NCBI RefSeq assembly: GCF_006345805.1
Contig: NC_043013.1
Span: forward strand, 25,792,001 to 25,856,000
Origin: Octopus sinensis
Lineage: Eukaryota
Direction: 5' to 3'
Length of the DNA: 64,000 nt
Shown here: positions 26,897-40,100 of the stretch, piece by piece
Layout: each line of letters starts with the position of its first letter
Numbering within the stretch: position 1 is the first letter of the stretch
Program-made: the position numbers and the translations under genes
Notes under the pieces: model-generated
The model's database searches: none
Seen by the model: the letters and a program-made list of their open reading frames with translations, nothing else
Told to the model about the DNA's origin: nothing

Positions 26897-26938
<42 letters not shown>

Positions 26939-27117
26939 CATTATATAAAAGGGCTTAGTAAAATAAATTACTTTGCCGCATACTGAACTCGTTAGAAATA
27001 GCAGCTAAAAAAACTATTTCTAACACTTAAAGAAAACCTCTCTCATATAGTGCTTGCTCAATTCAACCCAAGAAAGTATGAGGGTAGAGACATTAAAAAA
27101 TCAAATGCAAAGTTATT

Positions 27118-27170
27118 TGAGTACGTACGTTTCAAGATTAGCCAAGTTCGACCCTTCTCTCATCAGCTCA
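27118..27170 (-). ncRNA. Type I hammerhead ribozyme, array copy 1
   Basis: Minus strand TGAG-CTGATGA-GAGA...TCTT-GAAACGTACGTA-CTCA. Confidence 0.85.
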
Positions 27171-27667
27171 GAATGCCCTTGTTTGAGTTTGAAAACACTG
27201 AAAATGGGAGCATACCCTTTCGGCTTGTTATCGCTTCTGAAGATCTGTTCCCAACTAACAGTGCTAGCTAACTCAATATGCAAGAGAAAAATCTGTTCTC
27301 CCCTTTCCACCAGCGTGGGCTAAAATCAGCAAACACTATCCTTTTTTTCGGTAAAATCCAAGACAATTAAGTAGAGAGAGATGAATTATAATTTCAACAA
27401 TTGAGGGTAAAATTAATTAATTAATTAATCAATTTCACCAAGTATTCAGTATGCAAAGGGACCATTTAAGGCAAATTCAAATTATTACATTATATAAAAG
27501 GGCTTAGTAAAATAAATTACTTTGCCGCATACTGAACTCGTTAGAAATAGCAGCTAAAAAAACTATTTCTAACACTTAAAGAAAACCTCTCTCATATAGT
27601 GCTTGCTCAATTCAACCCAAGAAAGTATGAGGGTAGAGACATTAAAAAATCAAATGCAAAGGTTATT

Positions 27668-27720
27668 TGAGTACGTACGTTTCAAGATTAGCCAAGTTCG
27701 ACCCTTCTCTCATCAGCTCA
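27668..27720 (-). ncRNA. Type I hammerhead ribozyme, array copy 2
   Basis: Identical core to copy 1. Confidence 0.85.
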
Positions 27721-28218
27721 GAATGCCCTTGTTTGAGTTTGAAAACACTGAAAATGGGAGCATACCCTTTCGGCTTGTTATCGCTTCTGAAGATCTGTTC
27801 CCAACTAACAGTGCTAGCTAACTCAAATATGCAAGAGAAAAATTTCTGTTCTCCCCTTTCCACCAGCGTGGGCTAAAATCAGCAAACACTATCCTTTTTT
27901 TCGGTAAAATCCAAGACAATTAAGTAGAGAGAGATGAATTATAATTTCAACAATTGAGGGTAAAATTAATTAATTAATTAATCAATTTCACCAAGTATTC
28001 AGTATGCAAAGGGACCATTTAAGGCAAATTCAAATTATTACATTATATAAAAGGGCTTAGTAAAATAAATACTTTGCCGCATACTGAACTCGTTAGAAAT
28101 AGCAGCTAAAAAAACTATTCTAACACTTAAAGAAAACCTCTCTCATATAGTGCTTGCTCAATTCAACCCAAGAAAGTATGAGGGTAGAGACATTAAAAAA
28201 TCAAATGCAAAGGTTATT

Positions 28219-28271
28219 TGAGTACGTACGTTTCAAGATTAGCCAAGTTCGACCCTTCTCTCATCAGCTCA
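28219..28271 (-). ncRNA. Type I hammerhead ribozyme, array copy 3
   Basis: Identical core to copy 1. Confidence 0.85.
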
Positions 28272-28769
28272 GAATGCCCTTGTTTGAGTTTGAAAACACT
28301 GAAAATGGGAGCATACCCTTTCGGCTTGTTATCGCTTCTGAAGATCTGTTCCCAACTAACAGTGCTAGCTAACTCAAATATGCAAGAGAAAAATTTCTGT
28401 TCTCCCCTTTCCACCAGCGTGGGCTAAAATCAGCAAACACTATCCTTTTTTTCGGTAAAATCCAAGACAATTAAGTAGAGAGAGATGAATTATAATTTCA
28501 ACAATTGAGGGTAAAATTAATTAATTATTAATCAATTTCACCAAGTATTCAGTATGCAAAGGGACCATTTAAGGCAAATTCAAATTATTACATTATATAA
28601 AAGGGCTTAGTAAAATAAATTACTTTGCCGCATACTGAACTCGTTAGAATAGCAGCTAAAAAAACTATTTCTAACACTTAAAGAAAACCTCTCTCATATA
28701 GTGCTTGCTCAATTCAACCCAAGAAAGTATGAGGGTAGAGACATTAAAAAATCAAATGCAAAGGTTATT

Positions 28770-28822
28770 TGAGTACGTACGTTTCAAGATTAGCCAAGTT
28801 CGACCCTTCTCTCATCAGCTCA
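28770..28822 (-). ncRNA. Type I hammerhead ribozyme, array copy 4
   Basis: Identical core to copy 1. Confidence 0.85.
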
Positions 28823-29285
28823 GAATGCCCTTGTTTGAGTTTGAAAACACTGAAAATGGGAGCATACCCTTTCGGCTTGTTATCGCTTCTGAAGATCTGT
28901 GTTAGAAATAGTTTTTTAGCTGCTATTTCTAACGAGTTCAGTATGCGGCAAAGTAATTTATTTTACTAAGCCCTTTTATATAATGTAATAATTTGAATTT
29001 GCCTTAAATGGTCCCTTTGCATACTGAATACTTGGTGAAATTGATTAATTAATTAATTTTACCCTCAATTGTTGAAATTATAATTCATCTCTCTCTACTT
29101 AATTGTCTTGGATTTTACCGAAAAAAAGGATAGTGTTTGCTGATTTTAGCCCACGCTGGTGGAAAGGGGAGAACAGAAATTTTTCTCTTGCATATTTGAG
29201 TTAGCTAGCACTGTTAGTTGGGAACAGATCTTCAGAAGCGATAACAAGCCGAAAGGGTATGCTCCCATTTTCAGTGTTTTCAAAC

Positions 29286-29372
29286 TCAAACAAGGGCATT
29301 CTGAGCTGATGAGAGAAGGGTCGAACTTGGCTAATCTTGAAACGTACGTACTCAAATAACCTTTGCATTTGA
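29286..29372 (+). ncRNA. Type I hammerhead ribozyme, array copy 5 (with extended stem I)
   Basis: TCAAA-CAAGGG-cattc-TGAG-CTGATGA-GAGA..TCTT-GAAAC-GTAC-GTA-CTCA-aataa-CCTTTG-ca-TTTGA; predicted cleavage after 29350. Confidence 0.88.
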
Positions 29373-29853
29373 TTTTTTAATGTCTCTACCCTCATACTTT
29401 CTTGGGTTGAATTGAGCAAGCACTATATGAGAGAGGTTTTCTTTAAGTGTTAGAAATAGTTTTTTTAGCTGCTATTTCTAACGAGTTCAGTATGCGGCAA
29501 AGTAATTTATTTTACTAAGCCCTTTTATATAATGTAATAATTTGAATTTGCCTTAAATGGTCCCTTTGCATACTGAATACTTGGTGAAATTGATTAATTA
29601 ATTATTAATTTTACCCTCAATTGTTGAAATTATAATTCATCTCTCTCTACTTAATTGTCTTGGATTTTACCGAAAAAAAGATAGTGTTTGCTGATTTTAG
29701 CCCACGCTGGTGGAAAGGGGAGAACAGAAATTTTCTCTCTTGCATATTTGAGTTAGCTAGCACTGTTAGTTGGGAACAGATCTTCAGAAGCGATAACAAG
29801 CCGAAAGGGTATGCTCCCATTTTCAGTGTTTTCAAACTCAAACAAGGGCATTC

Positions 29854-29904
29854 TGAGCTGATGAGAGAAGGTCGAACTTGGCTAATCTTGAACGTACGTA
29901 CTCA
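29854..29904 (+). ncRNA. Hammerhead array copy 6, one A missing from GAAA
   Basis: Reads CTTGAACGTACGTA; a mutation or a sequencing indel. Confidence 0.6.
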
Positions 29905-30403
29905 AATAACCTTTGCATTTGATTTTTTAATGTCTCTACCCTCATACTTTCTTGGTTGAATTGAGCAAGCACTATATGAGAGAGGTTTTCTTTAAGTGTT
30001 AGAAATAGTTTTTTTAGCTGCTATTTCTAACGAGTTCAGTATGCGGCAAAGTAATTTATTTTACTAAGCCCTTTTATATAATGTAATAATTTGAATTTGC
30101 CTTAAATGGTCCCTTTGCATACTGAATACTTGGTGAAATTGATTAATTAATTAATTAATTTTACCCTCAATTGTTGAAATTATAATTCATCTCTCTCTAC
30201 TTAATTGTCTTGGATTTTACCGAAAAAAAGGATAGTGTTTGCTGATTTTAGCCCACGCTGGTGGAAAGGGGAGAACAGAAATTTTTCTCTTGCATATTTG
30301 AGTTAGCTAGCACTGTTAGTTGGGAACAGATCTTCAGAAGCGATAACAAGCCGAAAGGGTATGCTCCCATTTTCAGTGTTTTCAAACTCAAACAAGGGCA
30401 TTC

Positions 30404-30456
30404 TGAGCTGATGAGAGAAGGGTCGAACTTGGCTAATCTTGAAACGTACGTACTCA
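30404..30456 (+). ncRNA. Type I hammerhead ribozyme, array copy 7
   Basis: Identical core to copy 5. Confidence 0.85.
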
Positions 30457-30958
30457 AATAACCTTTGCATTTGATTTTTTAATGTCTCTCTACCCTCATA
30501 CTTTCTTGGGGTGAATTGAGCAAGCACTATATGAGAGAGGTTTTCTTTAAGTGTTAGAAATAGTTTTTTTAGAGCTGCTATTTCTACGAGTTCAGTATGC
30601 GGCAAAGTAATTTATTTTACTAAGCCCTTTTATATAATGTAATAATTTGAATTTGCCTTAAATGGTCCCTTTGCATACTGAATACTTGGTGAAATTGATT
30701 AATTAATTAATTAATTTTACCCTCATTGTTGAAATTATAATTCATCTCTCTCTACTTAATTGTCTTGGATTTTACCGAAAAAAAGGATAGTGTTTGCTGA
30801 TTTTAGCCCACGCTGGTGGAAAGGGGAGAACAGAAATTTTTCTCTTGCATATTTGAGTTAGCTAGCACTGTTAGTTGGGAACAGATCTTCAGAAGCGATA
30901 ACAAGCCGAAAGGGTATGCTCCCATTTTCAGTGTTTTCAAACTCAAACAAGGGCATTC

Positions 30959-31011
30959 TGAGCTGATGAGAGAAGGGTCGAACTTGGCTAATCTTGAAAC
31001 GTACGTACTCA
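30959..31011 (+). ncRNA. Type I hammerhead ribozyme, array copy 8
   Basis: Identical core to copy 5. Confidence 0.85.
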
Positions 31012-31283
31012 AATAACCTTTGCATTGATTTTTTAATGTCTCTACCCTCATACTTTCTTGGGTTGAATTGAGCAAGCACTATATGAGAGAGGTTTTCTTT
31101 AAGTGTTAGAAATAGTTTTTTTAGCTGCTATTTCTAACGAGTTCAGTATGCGGCAAAGTAATTTATTTTACTAAGCCCTTTTATATAATGTAATAATTTG
31201 AATTTGCCTTAAATGGTCCCTTTGCATACTGAATACTTGGTGAAATTGATTAATTAATTAATTAATTTTACCCTCAATTGTTG

Positions 31284-31346
<63 letters not shown>

Positions 31347-31744
31347 ATATATATATGAATGTATTTGCGTGTCTGTGTTTGTCTCCCCACCATCGCTTGA
31401 CAACCGATGTTGGTGTGTTTATGTGGTTTACGTGTCCGTAACTTAGCGGTTCGACAAAGAGAGATCGATAGAATAAGTACTAGGCTTACAAATAAATCCT
31501 GGGGTCGATTTGTTCTACAAAAGGCTGTGCTCCAGCATAACTGCAGTCAGATGACTGAAACAAATAAAGAATAAAAGAATATATCCTTGTGGCGCTCCAG
31601 GAGAGTAAAACTGGAATCTAAAGGGTCCATAGGCAAAAAAAAAAAAAAAAGAAACACGGTTCTAACTGAAAATTGCATTAGTTTATTAAAGTCCACATTA
31701 AAGCTAACCTTTTACCAATCATATGGTTTCAAATTTTACCACAA

Positions 31745-32520
31745 GGGCAGCAGTTTTGGAGAAGGGGATGAGTCAATTACATTGACCCCAGTGTTATACT
31801 GGTATTTATTTTATCGACCTCGAAAGCATGAAACACAAAATCGGCTTCGGCGGAATTTGAACTCAGAACGTAGCGACGGGTGAAATACCGCTAAGCATTT
31901 CAACCAGCATGCTAACGATTCTTTTCTACTCTAGACACAAGGCTCGAAATTTTTTGGGAGGGGGCCAGTCGATTAGATCGATCCCAGTACGCAACTGGTA
32001 CTTAATTTATCGATCCCGAAAGGATGAAAAGCAAAATCGACCTCGGCGGAATTTGAACTCAGAACGTAGTGACGGGTGAAATACCTATTTCTTTACAACC
32101 CACAAGGGGCTAAACACAGAGGGGACAAACAAAGACAGACAAACGGATTAAGTCGATTATATCGATCCCAGTGCGTAACTGGTACTTATTTACTCGACCT
32201 TGAAATGATGAAAGGCAAAGTCGACCTCGGCGGAATTTGAACTCAGAACGTAGCGGCAGACGAAATACCGCAAGGCATTTCGCCCGGCGTGCTAACGCTT
32301 CTGCCAGCTCGACTGTTTATCTCTAATACCTGTAGAGGTAAGAGAATGTGAAACAAATCGCTAATTGGTTTCAAATTTTGGCACCAGGCCGGCAGTTTTG
32401 GGGGAGGGGTAAGTCGGTTACATCGATACCAATGCTCGACTTCTACATATTTTATCGACCCCGAAAGGATGAAGGGCAAATCAATCTCAGCGGAATTCGA
32501 ACTCAGAACATAAAGACTGA
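31745..32520 (-). mobile_element. Cluster of SINE family A copies
   Basis: Repeated GAAAGGATGAAAGGCAAAGTCGACCTCGGCGGAATTTGAACTCAGAACG; another cluster at ~33840-34500. Confidence 0.85.
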
Positions 32521-33329
32521 CAATATATCGCTAACCATTCCCGTGACTTAGCGAGCCTATAGAAATATGTACCAGATTTATAAATACGTTCTAGAGTCCA
32601 TTTATTTGACTAAACCCTTTAAGGCAGTGCTCCAGAAATGCCGCAGTCTAATATACTGAGATAAGTAAAAAGTGCATAAGAATGAAAAACGTTCATGGCA
32701 TATTTTTGAATCCAATTTATGAAATAAGCGAAATCCGACCGCAACAACTGTACGAAAAATAGTCGTGTATCTTTCCATCATTTGAAAGACGTTTATTATA
32801 GACACCGCAACTGAATGGGGGGAAAAATACAGGAATGTGTCTTTCTATTGAAACGAAATGATCACCATGATGCTTTTAGCATCTCGAATCTCGTTTTCAA
32901 AAAATTTCCATCGAATCAGTTGAAAAGTTACAGAATAACGTATAAAAATAGAACACCGTTCATTCGCTGTCATCTTCTCTTCTTTATAAGCTTCACATTT
33001 AAACCCAATTACACTCTTCTCGCTTTGTCATGTCTTTCTTCTTTCTTTTTTTTTGTTTTTGTTAATTTTCATACTTTTTTCTTTTGTTACTTTCCTTTCT
33101 TTCTTACACTTTTACCTGCGGTAGATTCTCTTCTGTTTGTAATATTATACATCCTACTGTTTGTTTCTACTTAATATATTTTTTAATACCAAAGTACATA
33201 CGTACGTTTGTTTGCATGTATGTATGTATGCTTGTATGTATGTATTATGTATGTATGTATGTATGTATGTATGTATGTATGTATGTATGTATGTATGTAT
33301 GTATGTATGCATGCATGTATGTATGTATG

Positions 33330-33363
<34 letters not shown>

Positions 33364-33463
33364 TGTATGTTTCTATGTTTGTATGTATGTATGTTTTTGT
33401 ATGTGTACGTACGTATATATGTATGTGCATGTATGTACGCATATATGTCTGTGTGTATGTACG

Positions 33464-33495
<32 letters not shown>

Positions 33496-35738
33496 TGTGT
33501 GTATATATACATATGTGTGTGTGCATGTACATATGCATGCATACGCGTATGATTGTGTATGTATGAATGTATGCATAGGTATGTGTGTGTGTGAACGTAT
33601 ACACATGTATAAGAGTATGTATCGATCTAGTTATCACCCAATCTACTTATCTTCCCACGAAAAATAAAATGAACCAGACAAAAAGCAAACACAAAACAAA
33701 TCCCAAACGAGCTTTAAAAATAATGCAGCGTTCTCCAGCAAAATTAGCAAGAGTCCGATATGGGAAAATAGATTTGATGTTTATTACATATTTCAACGCT
33801 TAGAATATGTTTAGTCTCGGTAAAATAATTCTTTCTAATTTCTGGCACAGACCCAGCAATTTTTGAGTGGGAAACGAGGGGAGCTGATTACATCGACTCT
33901 AGTACAAGACTGGTACTTGTTTTATAGACCCCGGGAGTATGAAAGGTAAGGTCGACCTGAACGGAATTTGAGATCAGAACGTAAAGACGGACAAAAAATA
34001 CCGTTAAGCATTTTGTCCGGCATGTCGACAATTCTGCCATCTAGCCGTCTCTGTCTTGGTAAAATAATCCTTTCTACTAATAATAGGCACAAGGCCTGAA
34101 ATTTGAGGGGAGGGGGCTAGTCGATCACATCGATCTCAGTTCTTAATTGGTGTTTAATTTATCGCTCTCAAAAGAATAAAAGGCAATGTCGATCTCGGCG
34201 AAATTTGAGCTCAGAGCATGAAGACGAACGAAACGACGCTAAGCGTTTTGTGCGACGCGAAAACTTCTCTGTCAGCTCGTTGCGTTTCTACTATATTCAC
34301 AAGGTCTGAAATTTCGTGGGATGGGACTAATCAATTACATCGACCCCTGTGTTTTACGGGTACTTAATTTTTCGACTCCGGAAGGATGAAAGGCAAAGTC
34401 GACCTCGGTGGAATTAGAACTCAGAACGTCTTTAAGACGGACGAAATGCCGCTAAGCATTTCGTCCAGCGTGCTAACGATTCTGCCAGCTCGCCGACTTG
34501 TCACTATGAAATAATAAAATCAATATTTTGGGCGCAGATATGGCCTCGTGGACAAGAAGTTCGCGTGGCAACCTCTTGGTTCTGGGTTCGACTTATTCCG
34601 CAGTACCATAAGCAAATGCTCTGGTTGCTCGGTGAATAGTGAATGGAATTCGATAGACGGAAACTGTGCTGAAACCTGTATTAAAAATGATTGTCTTTTG
34701 GCAGTTTATATCCGTCATAGATGTATACATCTGCGACAAAAGAAGACCCCTGGAATAATTGTTCTGCTTTTCTTGCATAGAAAATCCCTTGTTAATATCG
34801 TCATTGTAAATGCAATGAAGCAGTGACTAGTCCTTTGTAACATGACGTTGTTGTTCACAAAATTACGGCAGAGAACAGTCTATCGGACGTTGTTAAACAT
34901 CGCTGGGTACAGTGCACTTCCTCGCATTGTTGTAGCCTTCGAATGATGCCATGGCACTAGTTAGGCGGGATGGCCAACATTCTCCCTAAAGTTTCTTCAC
35001 AAAATATCAGATGAGCAAATAACAATGGCTTCTGATTGAGACACAGGGTCAACAATTTGGGTAGGGGAGACAAGGAGTTTGTCGATTACATTGGGCCCTG
35101 TAACATCCATACATACAAACACGGTACATAGTTGCAAAACACACACACAACGCGCGCACACACACAACGCGCGCGCACACACACACTCAGAAATGCACAC
35201 ACAAGGAGACAGAGGTATACACACACACACACACACACACATAAAACACAAACACGGACACGCAAACTCATGGCTATGCAGAATACATACATACAAATGT
35301 ACACACATACATATACACATATGTACATACACACACACACATAGATGCATACGCACACATCCATGCATTCCTACATACACTGACCCACACACACATGCGC
35401 ACAAACAAGCAAAAAGAATGCAGAGTGAATAACGGACAGAGTTAAAACTATTGAAAACGTTGCGAGACATAACGAAAATTTTAGAAAAATAAAGAAGGAA
35501 ATGAATGGAAATTTACCGGTGAGTGTGTTAAATCGTGAAGCACTAAAAGAGGACTCTCCCCAGACGCAACAGTATATATATATATAGGAAGAGTTCACGA
35601 AAAAAAAACCAAAAGACGAAGACAGGTGGTTTAGAAAATAAACAGATGTTTTAGTATAACGCTCAGGAATTGAAAAAGTCTTTTACATTTCGAGCCTACG
35701 CTCCTCCACAGAAAAGGACATATATATATATATATTTA

Positions 35739-35776
<38 letters not shown>

Positions 35777-35802
35777 TATATTAGTATATATATATATATT
35801 TA

Positions 35803-35845
<43 letters not shown>

Positions 35846-35864
35846 GTATATACATATATATATG

Positions 35865-35936
<72 letters not shown>

Positions 35937-36409
35937 TTAGTATATAATTTTATAAATTATTATAAAATTATTTCTTTCCCTCGCTTTCGGTGAGTGTGTG
36001 TATATGTGATAAAGTAGTTTAGAGCCACTTGGCGTCTTCTTCCAGCGTGTGGCATTGCCTCTGGTAATTGCCCTTACTATAACTTTATAATTATGTTTCT
36101 AAAATTATATACTCCGTATTAATGTTTGCTTTAATTGGTTTTACACGTCGGCTACCTGATAAAATATCCTTAATTTTAATTGTATGTATAATATCCTTAA
36201 TTTTAATGTATGTATAAAAGACGGGCTTCTTTCAGTTTCCATCTCCAAAATCATCCACTCATAAGGCTTTGGTCAGTCCAAGACTATAGAAGAAGATACT
36301 TACCCAAGGTGCCATGCAGTGGGATTGAACTCAGAAGCTAACTTCTTACCACCGCACGGTCACCCCTTGTGCCTCTGCTAAAATTCTTCATTAACTTTTA
36401 TGTATTTAT

Positions 36410-36452
<43 letters not shown>

Positions 36453-36459
36453 TTCGTAG

Positions 36460-37180
36460 TGAAAGGTGCTTGACTCGTGATTAAGGATATTCGGGTCTCG
36501 AATAAAAGGGCGTCAGTTCGAACCCCGGCCGTGCATTGTGGCCCTGAGCAAGAGACTTTATCTCACGTTGCTCCAATCCACTCAGCAAATATGAGTGACA
36601 CTTGTAGTTGAAAAGGCCAGCTTTGTCGCATTCTCTGTCACACTGAATCTCACCTGAGAACTACGTTAAGGGTACGCACGTCTGTGGAATACTCACCCAC
36701 TTGCATGTAATTCCTTTTGTACTCTAGACACAAGGTCTGGAATTTTGGGGGAGTGGGCCAGTCGATTAGATCGACCTCAGTACGCCACTGGTACTTAATT
36801 TATCGACCCCGAAAGGATGAAAGGCAAAGTCGATCTTGGCGGAATTTGAACTCAGAATGTAAAGACAGACGAAATACCAATTTCTTTACTACCCACAAGG
36901 AGCTAAACACAGAGAGGACAAACAAGAACAAGCAAATGGATTAAGTCGATTATATTGACCCCAGTGCGCAACTGGTACTTATTTAATCGACCCCGAAAGG
37001 ATGTAAGGCAAAGTCGACCTCGGCGGAATTTGAACTCAGAACGTAACGGCAGACAAAATGCCGCTAAGCATTTCGCCCGGTGTGCTAACGATTCTGCCAG
37101 TTCACCGCCTTCACCTGCATGTAAGCTGTTCCGTTGCTCGGATCAACTGGACCATTCATCGTCGTAACCGACGAAGTACA
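36460..37180 (+). mobile_element. SINE family C-like copy interrupted by a minus-strand family A dimer (~36718-37110)
   Basis: Family C tail sequence stops at ~36715 and resumes at ~37120 (GCTGTTCCGTTGCTCGGATCAACTGGACC..CGTCGTAACCGACG). Confidence 0.65.
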
Positions 37181-37513
37181 AGCTATGTTTATTTATTTAC
37201 ATATTTGATGTTCTTGAGAAAGAGGAGAGATGAAGGGGAGAAGAAGGGGAGAGGAGGAAGTTGTTCAAGAAAACATAGCTGTGTTGTTTTGAATATTAAG
37301 TTTAGGCCAAGTGAATTGTTTACCCGGAGAAGACAATGAGTCAATGTTGGAGCTGGCCACACCAGATATTATTTCATAGTTCAGTGGAAGACAAACACGC
37401 AGAGAATATAGAAAAACAAAAGCAAAGCGTTTGATGTGTATCTTGTTACAGCTGAGCAATTTAAAATTACTTTAACCTTCTAAATGACTTTCAAACCAAC
37501 ATAATGACGATGA

Positions 37514-37544
<31 letters not shown>

Positions 37545-37632
37545 AATGACGATGATGACGACGACGATGGGTGATGATGATGATGACTGTTACGATGACA
37601 ATAAAGACCACTGCTGGTTGTAATGATCATGC

Positions 37633-37663
<31 letters not shown>

Positions 37664-38274
37664 GGGGGTCGCAGTGTTTTGGTGGCGGAGGCGGCGCTGG
37701 TGGAGATGGGGGCTGGTGGTAGTATGGTACTGGTGGAGGTGGAGGTGATTCTGGCATTGCTGTTCTTGATATGGCTGATGCTGCTGCTGATGGTGGTGGT
37801 GGTGGAAAGCGGGATGAGATCGATGAAGATGAGGAGAAAAATGTGAAGAACGAAGTGAATCCACTCTCTTCACCTCCTTTTCATCATCATCATCATCATT
37901 AACAATAACAGCTGATGAGGAATAGTGATCACGTCAGTTGTTTTGGTAATGATGATAATGATGGTGATGATGATGATAATGATGATGATGACAACACCCA
38001 TTGAAAATTAATATGCCGCCGCCTCCACTGCAATCGGCCGCTGCCCCCGCTACCACCGTCGGGGGTTACACTTTATGATAACCTTGACAATAATGGCAAT
38101 TATGATGCATCACAACCAAAAGTTTCAGTGTGCGATCACACATCGTAGCACCTTGGAATGGTATCTTTTACTAAAGGGTCAGGTCAATCAAAGCCTTGGG
38201 GCTGGAATTTGGTAGACAGAAACTGTGTAGAAGGTCCTACACATTCCTGCTTTTGTGAGGCTTATAATGTATAG

Positions 38275-38483
38275 GCGCCGGAGTGGCTGTGTGGTAAGTA
38301 GCTTGCTTCCCGACCACATGGTTCCTGGTTCAGTCCCACTGTGTGGCACCTTGGGCTCATGTCTTCTACTATAGCCTCATGCCGACCAAAGCCTTGTGAA
38401 TGGATTTGGTAGACGTAAACTGAAAGAATCCTGACGTATATATATATATATATATACGACAGGCTTCTTTCAGTTTATATATT

Positions 38484-38515
<32 letters not shown>

Positions 38516-38564
38516 ATATATATTATTATATATATATATATATATAATATATATATATTATATA

Positions 38565-38605
<41 letters not shown>

Positions 38606-38880
38606 ATATATATATATATATAAGGATATTGTGTGTGTATGTCTGTGTGTGTCTGTGTATGTATATGATTATGGGTGTCTGTGTTGTCCCCCTTCCCATC
38701 ATTGCTTGACAACCGATGCTAGTGTGTTTACGTCCCGTAACTTACCGGTTCGGCAAAAGAAACCGATAGGATAAGTACTAGGCTTGCAAATATTAAGTCC
38801 TGGGGTCGATTTGTTCGATTGAAGGTGGTGCTGTAACATGGGTGCAGTCAAATGACTGAAACAAACAAAAGAATATATAT
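38275..38880 (+). mobile_element. SINE family B copy with internal (TA)n
   Basis: Head 38275-38437, microsatellite, tail to ~38875; further minus-strand copies at ~39358-39740, ~52262-52680 and ~58195-58575. Confidence 0.85.
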
Positions 38881-39300
38881 ATATATACACATTCAAGAGT
38901 TAAAGAATGGAGTAGATAAGATCCGGACTACATATGCTTCATAGCGAGCGGAACCTCGGAAGTGGTAAATGTCAAAGTAAGGCGTATATCTCAGGCTACT
39001 CTTCAGGCTAAGGATATCTTGATAAAATTAAAGTTGGCATTGTTGCGTAGAGGTACATGTTAACATATGGAAGATTCAATCAGAATCAAGATCCTTGGAT
39101 TTTATATATGTGTGTATATATACACACACACACACACACACATATATATGTTTCGATTACCTGTTGTTATCCGTAAATTTATTGCAGGAACTTCGTAGTG
39201 GCGATTGGGGTAACAGTATTAGTAACAGTATTAGTAAAATATGTGTCGTACCAAATAAAATCTTTTATTCATTCCATCTATTTTATACTACTATATATAT

Positions 39301-39350
<50 letters not shown>

Positions 39351-40038
39351 ATATACCCTTTTACTTGTTTCAGTCTTTGACTACGGCCATGCTGGAGCAC
39401 CGCCTTTAGTCGAGCAAATCCACCCCAGGACTTATTCTTTGTAAGCCTAGTACTTATTCTATCGGTCTCTTTTGCCGAACAGCTAAGTTACGAGGACACC
39501 AACACACCCAGCATCGGTTGTGAAGCGATGTTGAGGGGCAGACACACAAACACACACATATATATATATATACATATACATATATACGACGGGCTTCTTT
39601 CAGTTTCCGTATACCAAATCTACTCATAAGGCTTTGGTCGGCCGATGCTATAGTAGAAGTGCCAAGGTGCCACGCAGTGGAACTAACCCGGAACCATGTG
39701 GTTGGTAAGCAAATTACTTACCACACAGACCTCCTGCGCCAATACATACATATACATATATATATATATAATATATATATATATTATTATATATATATTA
39801 TATATATATATTATATATATATATATTATATATATAATATATATATATAATATATACAAAGAGTAAATATATGGCACAACGAAGTACCGATATTTACTGG
39901 AAATAGCGAACGTAATAATACGACGCTAATATCGGTACTTCGTTGTGCCATATATGTTACTCTTTGTATATTTTTCCCTCACGGGCTATTCTTTTTTCTG
40001 GAAAGCGATACTCTAGTTATTGCATTACTAATTATATA

Positions 40039-40100
<62 letters not shown>

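Larger units (their letters stand above)
26934..31291. mobile_element. Hammerhead-ribozyme tandem array (retrozyme-like or PLE terminal-repeat-derived): ~552-bp unit x ~7.9, head-to-head arms
   Basis: Unit marker TTACATTATATAAAAGGGC at 26936, 27485, 28038, 28588; orientation flips at 28899-28900; GTGTTAGAAATAG recurs at 28899, 29447, 29996, 30551, 31103; one hammerhead per full-length unit. Confidence 0.9.
26740..31582 (+). mobile_element. SINE family B copy split by the hammerhead array
   Basis: Head/core at 26740-26897 then (TA)n; after the array, (TA)n and the family B tail at ~31345-31582, in the same order as the intact copy at 38275-38880. Confidence 0.85.

Noticed and set aside
27050-31079. 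Repeated 65-100 aa ORFs on both strands of the array (MLNSTQ..., MERGEQ..., MSTYVS...)
   Set aside because: Short, overlapping on both strands, broken differently between copies and without recognisable domains; the conserved feature is the RNA structure.
26934-31291. Array as a CRISPR locus or mitochondrial insertion
   Set aside because: No short repeat with variable spacers, units are wholly repeated, and no recognisable mitochondrial gene, tRNA or rRNA.
37472-37873. His/Gln/Thr-rich ORF resembling a transcription-factor low-complexity exon
   Set aside because: Made of degenerate GAT/GGT/GTT triplet repeats, open on both strands, with no domain or clear splice context.
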